64,000 nt of DNA from the NCBI RefSeq assembly GCF_006345805.1, contig NC_043024.1, forward strand, positions 19,406,001 to 19,470,000, written 5' to 3'. A model generated the notes under the pieces. It saw only the letters and a program-made list of their open reading frames with translations, made no database searches and was not told the origin of the DNA. Shown piece after piece: positions 38,566 to 50,519 of this stretch. Within the stretch, counting starts at the first letter, position 1. Each line of letters opens with the position of its first letter. A program made the position numbers and the translations under genes. The DNA comes from Octopus sinensis. Its lineage: Eukaryota.

Positions 38566-38779
38566 AGTGTAACAATTTAAAAATGATAATAACAGAATCA
38601 ATAAAATAGGTGATTGCAGGCCCCCAAAACGCATTAAATAGCTGAAGGATTGAAATTAATCAAAGGACATACTAAGTGTATCTGCCTGCTGGAAATAATA
38701 GCCAAAACTCTTATTCAAATCACCAAAATACACTAATAATAACTACAGAAATCAACCATTCAAAGGAAATGGGCTAGGA

Positions 38780-39330
38780 CACTCTCTCAGCATACATTCA
38801 AGTATTTGGACTCATGTGGAGTGATTTCTAGACTGGCATAATATAGCTAAAATTTACAGAAAAAGAAGAGAATAATAAGAGCCCTGGTCTAAGGACTGAT
38901 CTGTTTCTCCCGGATGATATTGAATTGGTAAGATTCTTCAAGGGTGAAATTTGAAAGATAAGCAAGGCAAGATGCATCAAACAGTCTTACAAGGTTACTT
39001 TAGATCAAAATATATGTTGCTGTGATGATAAGTGCAAGCAGCAGGGACAAAGCTTTCGGACATACCAAATCTGTTGTGCCAACCATAAATATTTTGTCTC
39101 GCTTGCCCCAACTGCAAGGATGTTTTTAAATCCTTTCAAATTTCACCCCTAAAGATTCTTACCAATTCCTTATCATTCAGAAGCATCAGATTAATTATGA
39201 TATCCACAACCTTCACCAATGCCACCAACATCAACCAGAAAAGAATAGCAAATTCCAGTGTCTTTTTGTGAAGCTTCTGATACAGGAATATTTTCCTCTT
39301 TTGAAGTCATGACTCAAATGCTCAATATCC
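38780..39330 (-). mobile_element. Old CR1/L2-like RT remnant interrupted by a MITE (38915-39180)
   Basis: Minus translation ...SFL...SVLRPGLLLF...MYAE resembles GSVLGPLLF...YADD; MITE has ~37-bp inverted repeats GAATTGGTAAGATTCTTCAAGGGTGAAATTTGAAAG / CTTTCAAATTTCACCCCTAAAGATTCTTACCAATTC. Confidence 0.4.
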
Positions 39331-39339
39331 TAATAGCCA

Positions 39340-39745
39340 TTGCAGGCATGGCAGTGAGGTAAGAAACTTGCTTCTCAGCCACCTGGTTCCAGGTTCAGTT
39401 CCACTGCATGGTACCTTGCGCAAGTGTCTTCTACTTTTGCTTCAGGTCGACCAAAGCCTTTGGGGTGGATTTGGTAGATGGAAACTGAAAGAAACCCGTC
39501 ATATATATGTGTGTGCGTGCACACGTGTGTGTGTATGTCTTTGTGTTCATACTCCACCACCATTTCACAACTGGTGTTAGTGTGTTTACATCCCCTTAAC
39601 TTAGCAGTTCAGCAAAGAGACCAAGAGAATAAGTACTAGGCTTTAAAGATAAGTTCTGGGGTCGATTTCTTCATCTAAAAACCTTCAAAGCAGTACTCCA
39701 GCATGGTCACAGTCCAATAACTGAAACAAACAAAAAGATTAAAAA
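39340..39745 (+). mobile_element. Diverged full-length SINE family A copy
   Basis: Head to tail collinear. Confidence 0.8.
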
Positions 39746-39785
39746 AGGACCTATTAGAGAAGTTACACACACACATATACTTACA

Positions 39786-39830
<45 letters not shown>

Positions 39831-40239
39831 TTACCTTTCATAGAATACATTGCATAATGGACCAAGTTATTTTGTCACACACTAAAAGACTGACCAAAAC
39901 TGGGAGAAACAAAAGCATTAAAAGTAACTACTAACCTTCGAAATAATTTATTTACCAAAAATAGTTTGGTAAATATTCTTTTGGCCAACAAAGTCATTCC
40001 ACACACAGGGCACTGGTCAAAAGAAAACACTGGGGTAAAAAAAAAGAAAAAAAATATAATTTGTCCAAAGTGCCCATCTGCATACTTGATCTCAGAATCT
40101 CATGTTTTGAAGCAAGCTTCTTAACCCCCTACTCATTGGCCTGCAACATTGTTTATACAGAAAAATCATCATTGTAAGCTGCCTCAAGCTTCTGGCCTTA
40201 TGTCAATATTATTATGACTTTTAAATCAATAATTTGCTT

Positions 40240-40502
40240 TCATTTTCTAAAAGTGAAAGCTCTCTCTCTCTCTCTCTCTCTCTCTCATTCTCTTTCTCTC
40301 TTTCTCCCTATCTCTTTCTCACTCTTTCTATATATGTATGTATGTGTGAGTGTGTGTATGTATGTGTGAGTGTGTGTGTGTGTGTGTACATTGTGTATGT
40401 GTTTGTGTATATATATGTAGGTATATACATATATATACACACACACACACACATACATATATATTTATATATATGCAGATACATGCACACACATACACAT
40501 AA

Positions 40503-40537
<35 letters not shown>

Positions 40538-40564
40538 TACACACACACACATACATATATATAC

Positions 40565-40598
<34 letters not shown>

Positions 40599-40765
40599 TA
40601 TATATATACATTATATATATATATATATATACACACACATATATATACATTATATATATAGATACATACATTATATATATATATACATAAATATATATAT
40701 ATATATGTATATAAACACACACACACACACATATATATATATTCCTTTCTCTCTTTCTCTCACCT
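40240..40765. repeat. (TC)/(TG)/(CA)/(TA) microsatellite field
   Basis: Direct inspection; source of the 200-aa ORF at 40234. Confidence 0.95.
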
Positions 40766-41115
40766 TCTCATCTTACTGTTTTGATTGTTTTGAAATTGGC
40801 TTAGAGACATATTCACTTTGTCAGGACATAATTTAATTGTTACTTACAAATATTATGCAAAATATACAAACATTTATTTTCATTCCTTTACTGGTTCTTC
40901 CAGTTATTGGAATGCTGCCATGCAGGGCCATCACCTCTGAAGATTTTAGACCATCCTATCCCCAACCACCTCTGGTGCTTAATTATTTTATTCTAGTGCT
41001 TATGCCATTGGCCTCTGGTTGTCATAATGGTAAATTATGGAATCTAAAGGAACATCCCAAAGACCCTTGCAGCCTTTTACCTAGGCTTTGTGAATAAAGA
41101 TACACACATATTGTG

Positions 41116-41161
<46 letters not shown>

Positions 41162-41229
41162 ATGTGTGTGTGTATGTGTTGGTTTTTGGTAAGCAGTGTT
41201 GAATTTTACAATTCTGTAAATAATAGTAA

Positions 41230-41507
41230 TAGCATTTTAGAAGCTTAAAGCTTAAAAGCGATCACTGTGCAATGACTAAAGAAATTAATCTAATAACGGG
41301 GTATATAAGCCCTTAAAGGGAAAAAGGTTTTCCCGTATGTTGGTGTAAATGGTAGCACATTTGTCATGAAAACAAAGAGATGTAAGTTCAAGTTCCATGT
41401 GTATGGGAAAACTTTTTTCTTTCGAGGGCTTATATACCCCATTATTAGACTATTTACTTTAGTCATTGCATAGTGATAACTTATAAGCTTAAGCTTATAA
41501 AATACTA
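41230..41507. mobile_element. MITE with ~105-bp terminal inverted repeats
   Basis: TAGCATTTTAGAAGCTTAAAGC...GGGGTATATAAGCCC...TTTTCCC versus GGGAAAAC...GGGCTTATATACCCC...AAGCTTATAAAATACTA. Confidence 0.8.
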
Positions 41508-41508
41508 T

Positions 41509-41559
<51 letters not shown>

Positions 41560-42008
41560 TTATTTATTATTTGAGGGAATAAAATCAAAAACTTACAAGG
41601 AAAAAAATTCAGTTTAGAAATACTAAATCAAATTCACACAATATAATATATATATAAAAATAAGAAAAAAAACACCTTTTATCAATTCAAAATGAATTGA
41701 TAAAAGTTTTGAATTGATAAAAGGTGTTTTTTTCCTAATTTTATATATATATATACACATATATATATACCACAGAAAGAAAACCGTAGTTTGTTATCAG
41801 GGAGTTAGATAATCATTACAGATATAGGCTAAAGAATTATTAATTTCTAATTGATAAATTTTACCAAGTAGTTTCGGTATGGAAAACAAACCATATTCGG
41901 TAAAAACTTATACAAAAAGTTTTTTTATATATAATTATAACAATAATTAAGGGTTTAGCAACAAGTTGCTTAACCACATACTGAAAATTTAGAAATAGCA
42001 GTCAAAGG

Positions 42009-42039
<31 letters not shown>

Positions 42040-42070
42040 ACAGAAAAGAATAAACGATTATCTTATGAGC

Positions 42071-42162
42071 TTCATTAGCTTACAGCTGTTTCTGCTATAA
42101 GACACATCAAACTCATAATTGAGTGCTTGAGTAACAACTTATAGCTTCATCAGAGCCTCGAA
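42071..42162 (-). ncRNA. Type-I hammerhead ribozyme, second copy of the 18384 family, core intact
   Basis: UUCGAGGCU CUGAUGA A GCUAUAAG [36 nt] CUUAUAGC A GAA ACAGCUGU A|AGCU AAUGAA. Confidence 0.8.
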
Positions 42163-42262
42163 TAGCGTTCTTAAGCATAAGTATATTGCATTCTACATCA
42201 GATTTTTAGACTCACAATGCCTAAGCAAGATATATATATTTATATATATTATATATATATAG

Positions 42263-42300
<38 letters not shown>

Positions 42301-42315
42301 TATATATATACATAC

Positions 42316-42371
<56 letters not shown>

Positions 42372-42444
42372 GATTGATTGATTGATTCTAGTTTCAGCTT
42401 ATGAGCTGTGGCCATGCTGGGGCCGCCATTTATATATATATATA

Positions 42445-42579
42445 AATTTATTTTATAGAAGGAGCTTCTACAGGACTAGAACTGTTTCATTCAAATGAAA
42501 TCATCAGGAAGCTTCCTGATGATTTCATTTGAATGAAACAGTTCTAGTCCTGTAGAACACTCCTTCTATAAAATAAATT
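42445..42579. repeat. Spacer-less palindrome (perfect 46+46 bp core at 42466-42557) containing CUGAUGA...GAAAC on each arm
   Basis: TTCTACAGGACTAGAACTGTTTCATTCAAATGAAATCATCAGGAAG|CTTCCTGATGATTTCATTTGAATGAAACAGTTCTAGTCCTGTAGAA. Confidence 0.9.
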
Positions 42580-42671
42580 AATTTACTCTGCTATGTATTG
42601 AGTATCTTATTTACTGTGGTTAACCCCGACTCAACCCGGGACCTACATATATATATATATATATATATATA

Positions 42672-42959
42672 GTGTGGAGGCGCAATGGCCCAGTGGTTAG
42701 GGCAGCGGACTCGCGGTCGTAGTATTGCGGTTTCAATTCCCAGACCGGGCGTTGTGAGTATTTATTGAGCAAAAACACCTAAAAGCTCCTCGACACTCTG
42801 GCAGGGAGTGGTGGTGATCCCTGCTGTACTCTTTTGCCACTCATTCTCCCACTCTTTCTTCTGTTGGCCTGCTCGCTTAGCCAGCGGGGTGGCGTCATTC
42901 AAAGGCTAAAACAATGCAAATGCATGGTGACCAGCTGATGGTCTGGTTGGTCACCTGAT

Positions 42960-42965
<6 letters not shown>
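42672..42965 (+). mobile_element. SINE family B, tail variant 2
   Basis: Same as 14735-15040. Confidence 0.85.
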
Positions 42966-43000
<35 letters not shown>

Positions 43001-43578
43001 CCAATTCCATCTGGAACAGATACAAGCAAGAAAAAGTAGATGTTAAAAAGGATGTTGATTATGAGAATGATGATGATGATGAAGTCGATAAACAAGAAGA
43101 CTCAGCACCGTCCATTGTGTTTTTGGATGCAGCTCCATCATAACCTAACTCCTCAGATTCTGGATATTACATGCATACAGATGCACAACCAACAAACGAT
43201 GGTATCCCACCCTGTTTCCATCTCCCAAATTCCACTTGGAATATATTAGGCAACTCAAAGCTCTATGATACAACACTTGCCCCCAGAGTTTGTACATCTA
43301 GATCAAACACAGCCCAACGTGATGGTTGCAATGTGAGCATCTGGACACCACAGCCATTGTTACATGCAGAATAGAAAAACCATTATCATCCTCATCATCA
43401 ACCTAACGCCCACTTTCTCCTTTGCCTGGCACCCCTGAACCAAAGAGTTTTATACCATTTTGACATGAAGATCTCCCTTTCATTCACTTCAGGATAGCTT
43501 GCTCAAAGGTGTTGTGAGCTATATTGACTGCTGAGAGGTTACTCTTGTGCCAGTTTACTGCTTCAAATACTACTACTG

Positions 43579-43657
<79 letters not shown>

Positions 43658-43664
43658 TAAGGTC

Positions 43665-43865
43665 ATGTACCGTTTATCTTGATATGAGATCACCATGTCG
43701 CGCACACATGGTTGTGACACATGTGCCTGGTGCACCCTTATCAGACAAGTAGTCATGATGGGTATACTGGGCTTCGTATATTTTACCCTAGTGTCACTTT
43801 GATGGTATGTGCTGCTCTCTCACTCAAAAATAATAATAATAATTATGATGATAATAATAACACTG
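43665..43865 (+). mobile_element. 5'-truncated copy of the (TAA)-tailed retroposon, preceded by (TAC)n(TAA)n
   Basis: Matches 4010-4172. Confidence 0.75.
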
Positions 43866-44047
43866 ATGATAATATATATGTGAAAATACAGAGAAACACA
43901 AGTTTGTATTAATGTCCCTACATGTGTTTCATCTTTATGGTGGTTTGGACTGGTATAATAGAACTTTTGATTGCATAGGGATACACACCACAACAAGGAT
44001 TACCTAGTTGCATCAAGTTACAAGAATTATGAGTGTTTGGGCATGTG

Positions 44048-44078
<31 letters not shown>

Positions 44079-44090
44079 CACTTGTATATT

Positions 44091-44121
<31 letters not shown>

Positions 44122-44133
44122 TACACATACATA

Positions 44134-44170
<37 letters not shown>

Positions 44171-44204
44171 ATAATATATATATATGTATATTATATATAT
44201 ATGA

Positions 44205-44395
44205 TAGACCGTTAGCTCCTACACGCATTCTTTTTCTCTCCTCGTTTTTTTTCTGTGTATCTTTCTGTCGAAGAGCATAGGCGCAAAACGTAAAAGACTT
44301 GTTCTATTTCTATTCCTGAGCGCCATACTTAATACATTTGTTTGTTTGTACTCCACCTGCCTTCGTCTTTGTTTTTTTCGTAAACCTTCCCATTA
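44205..44395 (+). mobile_element. Penelope-terminal-repeat-like element with HHR-like motif (44260-44297; G12A)
   Basis: UCUUU CUGUCGA A GAG CAUAGG CGC AAA ACGU A AAAGA. Confidence 0.5.
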
Positions 44396-44461
44396 TATAT
44401 ACATACATATGTATACAAACATGTGTGTATATATATAGAGATATATATACACATACATACA

Positions 44462-44510
<49 letters not shown>

Positions 44511-45029
44511 GATGGGCCTTTGCCTTTCCCTTGGATAACATCAGTGGTGTGGAGAGGGGAGGCTGGTATGCATGGGCAACTGCTGCTCTTCCATAACCAA
44601 CCTTGTCCGGACTTGTGTCTCAGAGGGCAACTTTCTAGGTTCAATCCCATGGTCATTCATGACCGAAGGGGTTCCTTACACACCATAGGTCCACACAATT
44701 TCCACCTACCAATGTCTCTTGCAAAACTTCAGTCACCCTGGGGCCATAGTAAGAGGAACATGCCCGATGTACCACACTGTGGGACTGAACTTGTAACCAT
44801 GCGATTTAGAAGCAAACCCTTTACCACACAGCTACTCCAGAGGTCTTATATAAATGGTTTTTCTTTTCTTTTCTTTTTATGTTTCTAAAATTTGTGTTAA
44901 TGTTTAATTGTATATAAACTTGTTGATGTCTTTGATCGTTGGGGCGGAACGGTTGTGTTTGATGGTCTACTGAAGAAGAGCATGGAATGTGTATCAATGG
45001 TCGTTTATTAAATGGAGTTTATACATGAA

Positions 45030-45660
45030 TACACCAGGAGACAGAGAGAGAGAGAGAAGGAGGGAGAGAGAAAGGGAGAAGGAGGGAGAAACAGGGGGAG
45101 AAAGAAGAGAGAGAGATATGGAGACACAGAGAGAATTAGAGAGAGAGAGAGAGAAGGGGAGAAGGAGGGAGAAACAGGGAGGGAGAGAGGAGAGAGAGGG
45201 ATATGGAGACACAGAGAGGATTAGAGAGAGAGAGAAACAGAGAGAGAACTGAAGACAGGAAGATAGAGAAAAGGAGATGGAATGAAGGAGAGAGAATAAA
45301 GGAGAAAGAGAGAGAGAGACAGAACTAAAGAGAGAGACAAAGAGAGAGGAGAGAGAGAAAAAAGAGAGAGAGAAGAGGGAGAGACAGAAAGGAGAAAGAT
45401 AAAGGAGAGAGGCATAGAGAGATAGAGCTGTGTCTTTAATATGAACCACTAAATATTAAATATTCTTCAAATCTTCCATCAGTAAGAGAGAGAAAGAGAG
45501 CGAGAGAGAGCGTGAAAATGAGAGAAAGACAGAGAGAGACAGACAGACAGATAGACAGATGGACAAATAAACAGGAGAGAGACACAGAGAGAAAGAAGGG
45601 GAAATGAAGAGAGAAAGAGAGAGAGATAGAGACAAAGAAAGAGAAAGTGAAAGTAGTGTC
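45030..45660 (+). repeat. ~630-bp polypurine (GA-rich) tract with an internal ~100-bp duplication
   Basis: Almost no pyrimidines on the + strand; GGAGAAGGAGGGAGAAACAGGG...GATATGGAGACACAGAGAG occurs twice. Confidence 0.9.
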
Positions 45661-45926
45661 TATGACATTCACCACAAAAGACTAAATATTCTTGAAATCT
45701 CGTATCTGCTACTTATCTACCAAAGAAGCTGACAGTTTGGGTTTTCCTAAATTCTATGTCGATTTTTATCAGACATGCTTATTGTATTTCTTTCATCTTT
45801 AATTTATTAGTTTTCTTTTTATATCAAGCCCCAGATAAATTCCAGTATCTTTCAGAAAAGTTTCCATATTTTTTCTCTCTCTCTCTTTTTTTTTTGGTGT
45901 ATATGTGTGTGTTTTGTGTTTCGCAG

Positions 45927-45964
45927 TTGAATGCACTATTTAACATCTGTCATCGACTTACAAA
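45927..45964 (+). CDS. Candidate 38-nt internal exon (LNALFNICHRLTK)
   Basis: Acceptor TTTTGTGTTTCGCAG and donor AAA|GTAAGA; only one open frame. Confidence 0.3.
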
Positions 45965-46169
45965 GTAAGAATTACCAATTTTCCACTTGGGTAAAGCTTA
46001 GACAACTTACAGAACTCATGGCGTTACAATGACTGACAACAGAATACAAGACAGATCTCGTGCTATTGTTTTAACCAATAATTATGCCGCAATACCCAAG
46101 ACAGAATTGCTCAGTTTGCTTTCATTCATTACAAAATTGTAATTATTCCTTTCTGCCCCAGAGACAGGG

Positions 46170-46570
46170 CCTGGAATTACATCGACCCCCAGTGTTTCAC
46201 TGGTATTTATTACCACCGAGCTGGCAGAATTGTTAGCATGCTGGGCATAATGCTTAGTGGTATTTCGTCTGCCGCTACGTTCTGAGTTCAAATTCCGCCG
46301 AGGTCGACTTTGCCTTTCATCCTTTCGGGGTTGATTAAATAAATACCAGTTACGCACTGGGGTCGATATAATCGACTTAATCCGTTTGTCTGTCCTTGTT
46401 TGTCCTCTCTGTGTTAGCCCCTTGTGGGTAGTAAAGAAATAGGTATTTATTTTATCGACCCCGAAAGAATGAAAAGCAAATTTGACCTTGATGTAATTTG
46501 AACTCAGAACATAAAGACGGACATAAAGTCTAAGTATTTTGTCTGGTGTGCTAATGATTCTGCCAGCTCA
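46170..46570. mobile_element. SINE-D (+, 46212-46441) nested in an opposite-strand SINE-D, TSD GGTATTTATT
   Basis: GGTATTTATT at 46202-46211 and 46442-46451; host SINE-D is collinear once the insert is removed. Confidence 0.85.
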
Positions 46571-46656
46571 ACATCTTGTAATTATTGATAATTACAAATT
46601 GTAATTATCAATAATTATTGTGGGAAGAAAATTGAAAGTAAAAATGTAATTTAACT

Positions 46657-47066
46657 GGTGCAGGAGTGGCTGTGTGGTAAATAACTTGCTTACCAACCAC
46701 ATGGTTCCAGGTTCAGTCCCACTGCGTGGCATCTTGGGCAAGTGTCTTCTACTATAGCCTCAGGCCGACCAAAGCCTTGTGAGTGGATTTGGTAGACGGA
46801 AACTGAAAGAAACCCGTCGTATATGTGTATATGTATATATATGTGTGTATGTTTGTGTGACTCTGTTTGTCCCCCCCCCAACATCGCTTGACAACCAATG
46901 CTGGTGTGTTTACATCCCTGTAACTTAGTGGTTCGGCAAAAGAGACCGATAGAATAAGTACTAGGCTTACAAAGAATAAGTCCTGGGGTCGATTTGATTC
47001 GACTAAAGGCGGTGCTCCAGCATGGCTGCAGTCTAATGTCTGAAACAAATAAAAGAGTAAAAGAGT
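46657..47066 (+). mobile_element. Full-length SINE family A copy
   Basis: Head, microsatellite and tail present. Confidence 0.9.
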
Positions 47067-47164
47067 ATTCTAAATGAAGCAATTTTAATGTTTTTATTGT
47101 CATTCATTGTCTCAGGAAATTTAGCAAAGAGCATGTCAGTGAGGTAAAGAATTTTGCTGTCCAA

Positions 47165-47795
47165 CCACCTAAGGCTATAGTAGAAATACTTGCCCAAGGT
47201 ATGGAAATGACCAACCATGTAGCTGGAAAGTGTAGAAGATACTTGCCATAGATGCTGTGCAATAGGAGTGAACCCTCAAATTATATGGTTGGGAAGTGAG
47301 GAGCTATAATAGAAGAACTTGCTCAAGATGGTGAACAATGAGTCTAGAGCACCAAGCCATATGGCAGTAAAGTGTGGAGCTATAACAGAACACAGTTTCT
47401 CATTGTGCCATGTAGTGGGATGAACCCTTGGACCATATGGTTAGTAAGTGTAAGGCTACAGTAGAAGACAATTGCCTATGGTGCCATGCTATGAGACTGA
47501 ACCATAAAGCATACGGGTAGCAAGTATGGTGGATAGAGTAGAAGATACTTGTCTCTGGTACTGTGCAGTGAGACTGAACTCAAAGCTACATTGTTGGGAA
47601 GCTTGAGGCTATAGCAGAAGATACTTGGCCAAAGATGCCTTGAAGTAGGACAGAACTGGAAACCATATGGTTTTGGAAAGTGTGGCAGCTACAGTAGAAG
47701 ATATTTGTCTATAGAGCTGTGTAGTGGGACAGAACGCAAAAGCACTCAGTTAGGGAATGGACTTCCAAACCACACAGCCGTACCTACATTTCTTA
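47165..47795 (-). repeat. Old ~77-bp minisatellite derived from the SINE-A head, ~8 diverged units
   Basis: AGAAGA anchor at 47234, 47311, 47387, 47463, 47540, 47616 and 47696; unit = GCTATAGTAGAAGAYACTTGCC...GTGGGACTGAACC...ACCATRTGGTT. Confidence 0.8.
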
Positions 47796-48414
47796 CTTGC
47801 TATTAAATTCTTCAAAAACAAAAGATTTTTTTTCTTCCATATTCTTCATAAGCATTTTCAGAATTATATTATAACCCGAAGGTCAAGAACAGACAGTCTA
47901 GAAAAATATTTCATGTATACCTTCTTGTGAAAGTCATGCAGAAGATTCCAAGATTTATAGAGAAGGAGAAGCGGTTAACTGTAGAACTTGGAAAATTTCC
48001 CCTCAAATGACTTTAGCTTCATAGATACAAGACCATGGTTCAGGTCTTCTCTGCCCTTGTGTTACTAATGTCTTTAAGAATAAGTCACGAATACCATTCA
48101 GTTTCGCTTTTGTTACTCTATAAATCTAAGACCTTCGGACCTCTGTTCTCAGAAATCAATACTCTTTATATATTGATGAGCGAACATGACTATGCGGATG
48201 TCTTCTAGACCAACAGTAACTTTCTACTAGGTTTGATGAAGTTTTTACAAACCGTTATTTTTATCGTCTACTATCAGACATGAAAGCTGTGTGCTCCAGC
48301 ATGGCCTTGGATATAATGTCTGAAATACACTAAACAACAGAATAATAACCATTTATTTCAAGTTAGTTCTTTTTCCTATTTCATCACTATCATTCTTCAT
48401 ATGTGTGAGTAATA

Positions 48415-48465
<51 letters not shown>

Positions 48466-48686
48466 TATATATATATAGAGAGAGAGAGAGGGAGAGTTTG
48501 CGCTTCAGGGAAGAATGCTTCGCAGTATTTCTTCTAGCTTGATGTTCTGAGTTCAGATTCCACCAAGGTCAGCTTTGCTTTTCATCCTTTTGGGGTTGAT
48601 AACATAAGTACCAGTTGAACACTGACATCAATGTAACCAACTTGCCCCCTCCTCCAAAACTGCTGGCTGTGTGCCAAAATTTGACA

Positions 48687-48731
<45 letters not shown>

Positions 48732-48919
48732 AGTAGGTGAATGAATTATCCTAGTATGGATAATTCGGTTAATCGATACCTGGGTAGCAAAATTCACATC
48801 AGAAAACACAGTTGAAGCTATATGCCAAGGGCAGAAACCCCGTGTTCTTGTGTGGAATTTTGTGTGTTTTTTTTATATGAATAAATGAAAGTATGGAGTC
48901 GAACGAAGATTTTAACAAA

Positions 48920-49020
48920 ATTCCTTTACTCTCAACATATGTTTCGAAGACTGCATACTCTTAATTCCGAAGGAATAAAGGGCGCATTATGCCGTCTTCT
49001 CATCAGGAAAGACAAGGAAC
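48920..49020 (-). ncRNA. Type-I hammerhead ribozyme with extended helices I and II, canonical core
   Basis: GUUCCUU GU CUUUC CUGAUGA GAAGAC G GCAUA [30 nt incl. hairpin] UAUGC A GUCUUC GAA ACAUAUGU U|GAGAG UA AAGGAAU; G10.1-C11.1 pair present. Confidence 0.8.
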
Positions 49021-50029
49021 CTCTATCAGCCTCAAGACGAACAAAGACTTTTTGGTGACTGCCTACATGGTGTCCACAGTGATAATGAGTGTTTTTTTTT
49101 AAATAATCCGTTATAAGCAATGACGTCAAAATTGGGTAGAAGGAGGGAGTAGTAAAAATAGGTAGGGGACAGTATGTATGTTGTATGTATGGGGATGCAC
49201 GGGTGTTTGCTTTTGTTAATGAGTTTGAGTGTTTATGTGTGTGTATGAGTGTGTAATGCAGTTATATACACACACTCATTTGATTCAACTAAAGGCGGTA
49301 CTCCAGCATGGTCACAGTCAAATGACTGAAACAAGTAAAAGAGTAAAAGATTTGAAAAAGGATGTCACAACTGTTAATGTCCTTATTATAGCATTATTCA
49401 GCTATGAATTACAAATTTGCACATGTCTTTCACTTGTTTCTGTCATTAGACTGTGGCCATGCCGGAGCACTGCCTTGAAGAACTTTTAGTTAAATGAATT
49501 GATCCCAATAATTTTTTTGATCTACATCAGTGTCCCTGAAGTAGTGGGGCTTAGTGGTTAGGACATTCGGCTCATTATCATAAAGTCGTGAGTTCAATTC
49601 TCGGCGACGCGTTGGGTCCTTGAGGAAGACACTTTATTTCATGTTGCTCCAGTCCACTCAGCTGGCAAAATTCAATTGTACCAGATTGTTTATTTACAAA
49701 GTCATGTGATAGAAAAAAGGGGAAGGCAAAAAGAAAGAAGAGGGAAAGAAGAAAAAATTAGGAAAACAAATGAAAAAAGATAAGAAAATAAAATGACAAA
49801 AGAAGAGGAAATTCAGAGCAACAGTTCTCTCCTCAGTGTGGATGACTTATTGGTTCAAACAATCTTTTGCACTTCTTGCATGGATGGTAAGCCAGAGATC
49901 ATTCTCAAATAATATCCAGTTCTGTTTTTGATCATCCCAAATGCTCCTGCAATCACTGGTATTGTAACTGTCTTGAGATGCTGCATTATTTTCGATTTCA
50001 ATCAAGAAAATTTTATATTTTCAGCAAAA

Positions 50030-50465
50030 GGCGATGAGTTGGCAGAACCATTGGTTCACTGGGGAAAATGCTTAGTAACATTTCATCCTTCTTACATTCT
50101 AAGTTTAAATTCCGCCACGGTCAACTTTGCCCTTCATCCTTTCAAGGTTGATAAAGTAAGTACCAGTGAAAAACTGTGGGGGTCGATGTAATTGACCACA
50201 GGACTTGTGCCTATAGTAGAAACGATTGCTATTATTACTGGCGAGCTGGCAGACATGTTAGCGTGCCGGGCAAAATGCTTAGCGGTATTTCGTCTATCGT
50301 TACATTCTGAGTTCAAATTCCGCTGAGGTCAACTTTGCCTGTCATCCTTCCGGGGTCGATAAATAAAGTACCAGTTTCGCACTGGGGGCGATATAATCGA
50401 CTCAATCCCTTCATCTGTCTTTGTTTGTCCCCTCTATGTTTAGCCCCTTGTGGGCAGTAAATAAA
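50030..50465 (+). mobile_element. Two adjacent SINE-D copies (old 50030-50200; young 50236-50465 with TATTACT TSD)
   Basis: GGCGAGCTGGCAG head and central domain; TATTACT on both sides of the second copy. Confidence 0.8.
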
Positions 50466-50519
50466 TATATTACTAGTAGTAACACTCACTGTTGATCTAG
50501 TAATTACTTTTACTGTTTC

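Noticed and set aside
38860-38926. Apparent exon KEENNKSPGLRTDLFLPDDIEL with GTAAGA donor
   Set aside because: The donor lies within a MITE inverted repeat and the sequence is better explained as antisense CR1/L2 RT remnant
43000-43143. Acidic open frame ANSIWNRYKQEKVDVKKDVDYENDDDDEVDKQEDSAPSIVFLDAAPS*
   Set aside because: The acceptor sits on a TA microsatellite, the frame relies on a GAT repeat, and no homology is recognised
44955-44990. GGUCUA CUGAAGA AGAGCAU, HHR 5' half
   Set aside because: The 3' half (CUC GAAAC...) is absent
48741-48815. Minus-strand CUGAUGU...GAAUUAUCC hairpin resembling a second HHR
   Set aside because: A9 is mutated and A15.1 is missing; only the 9-bp hairpin is real
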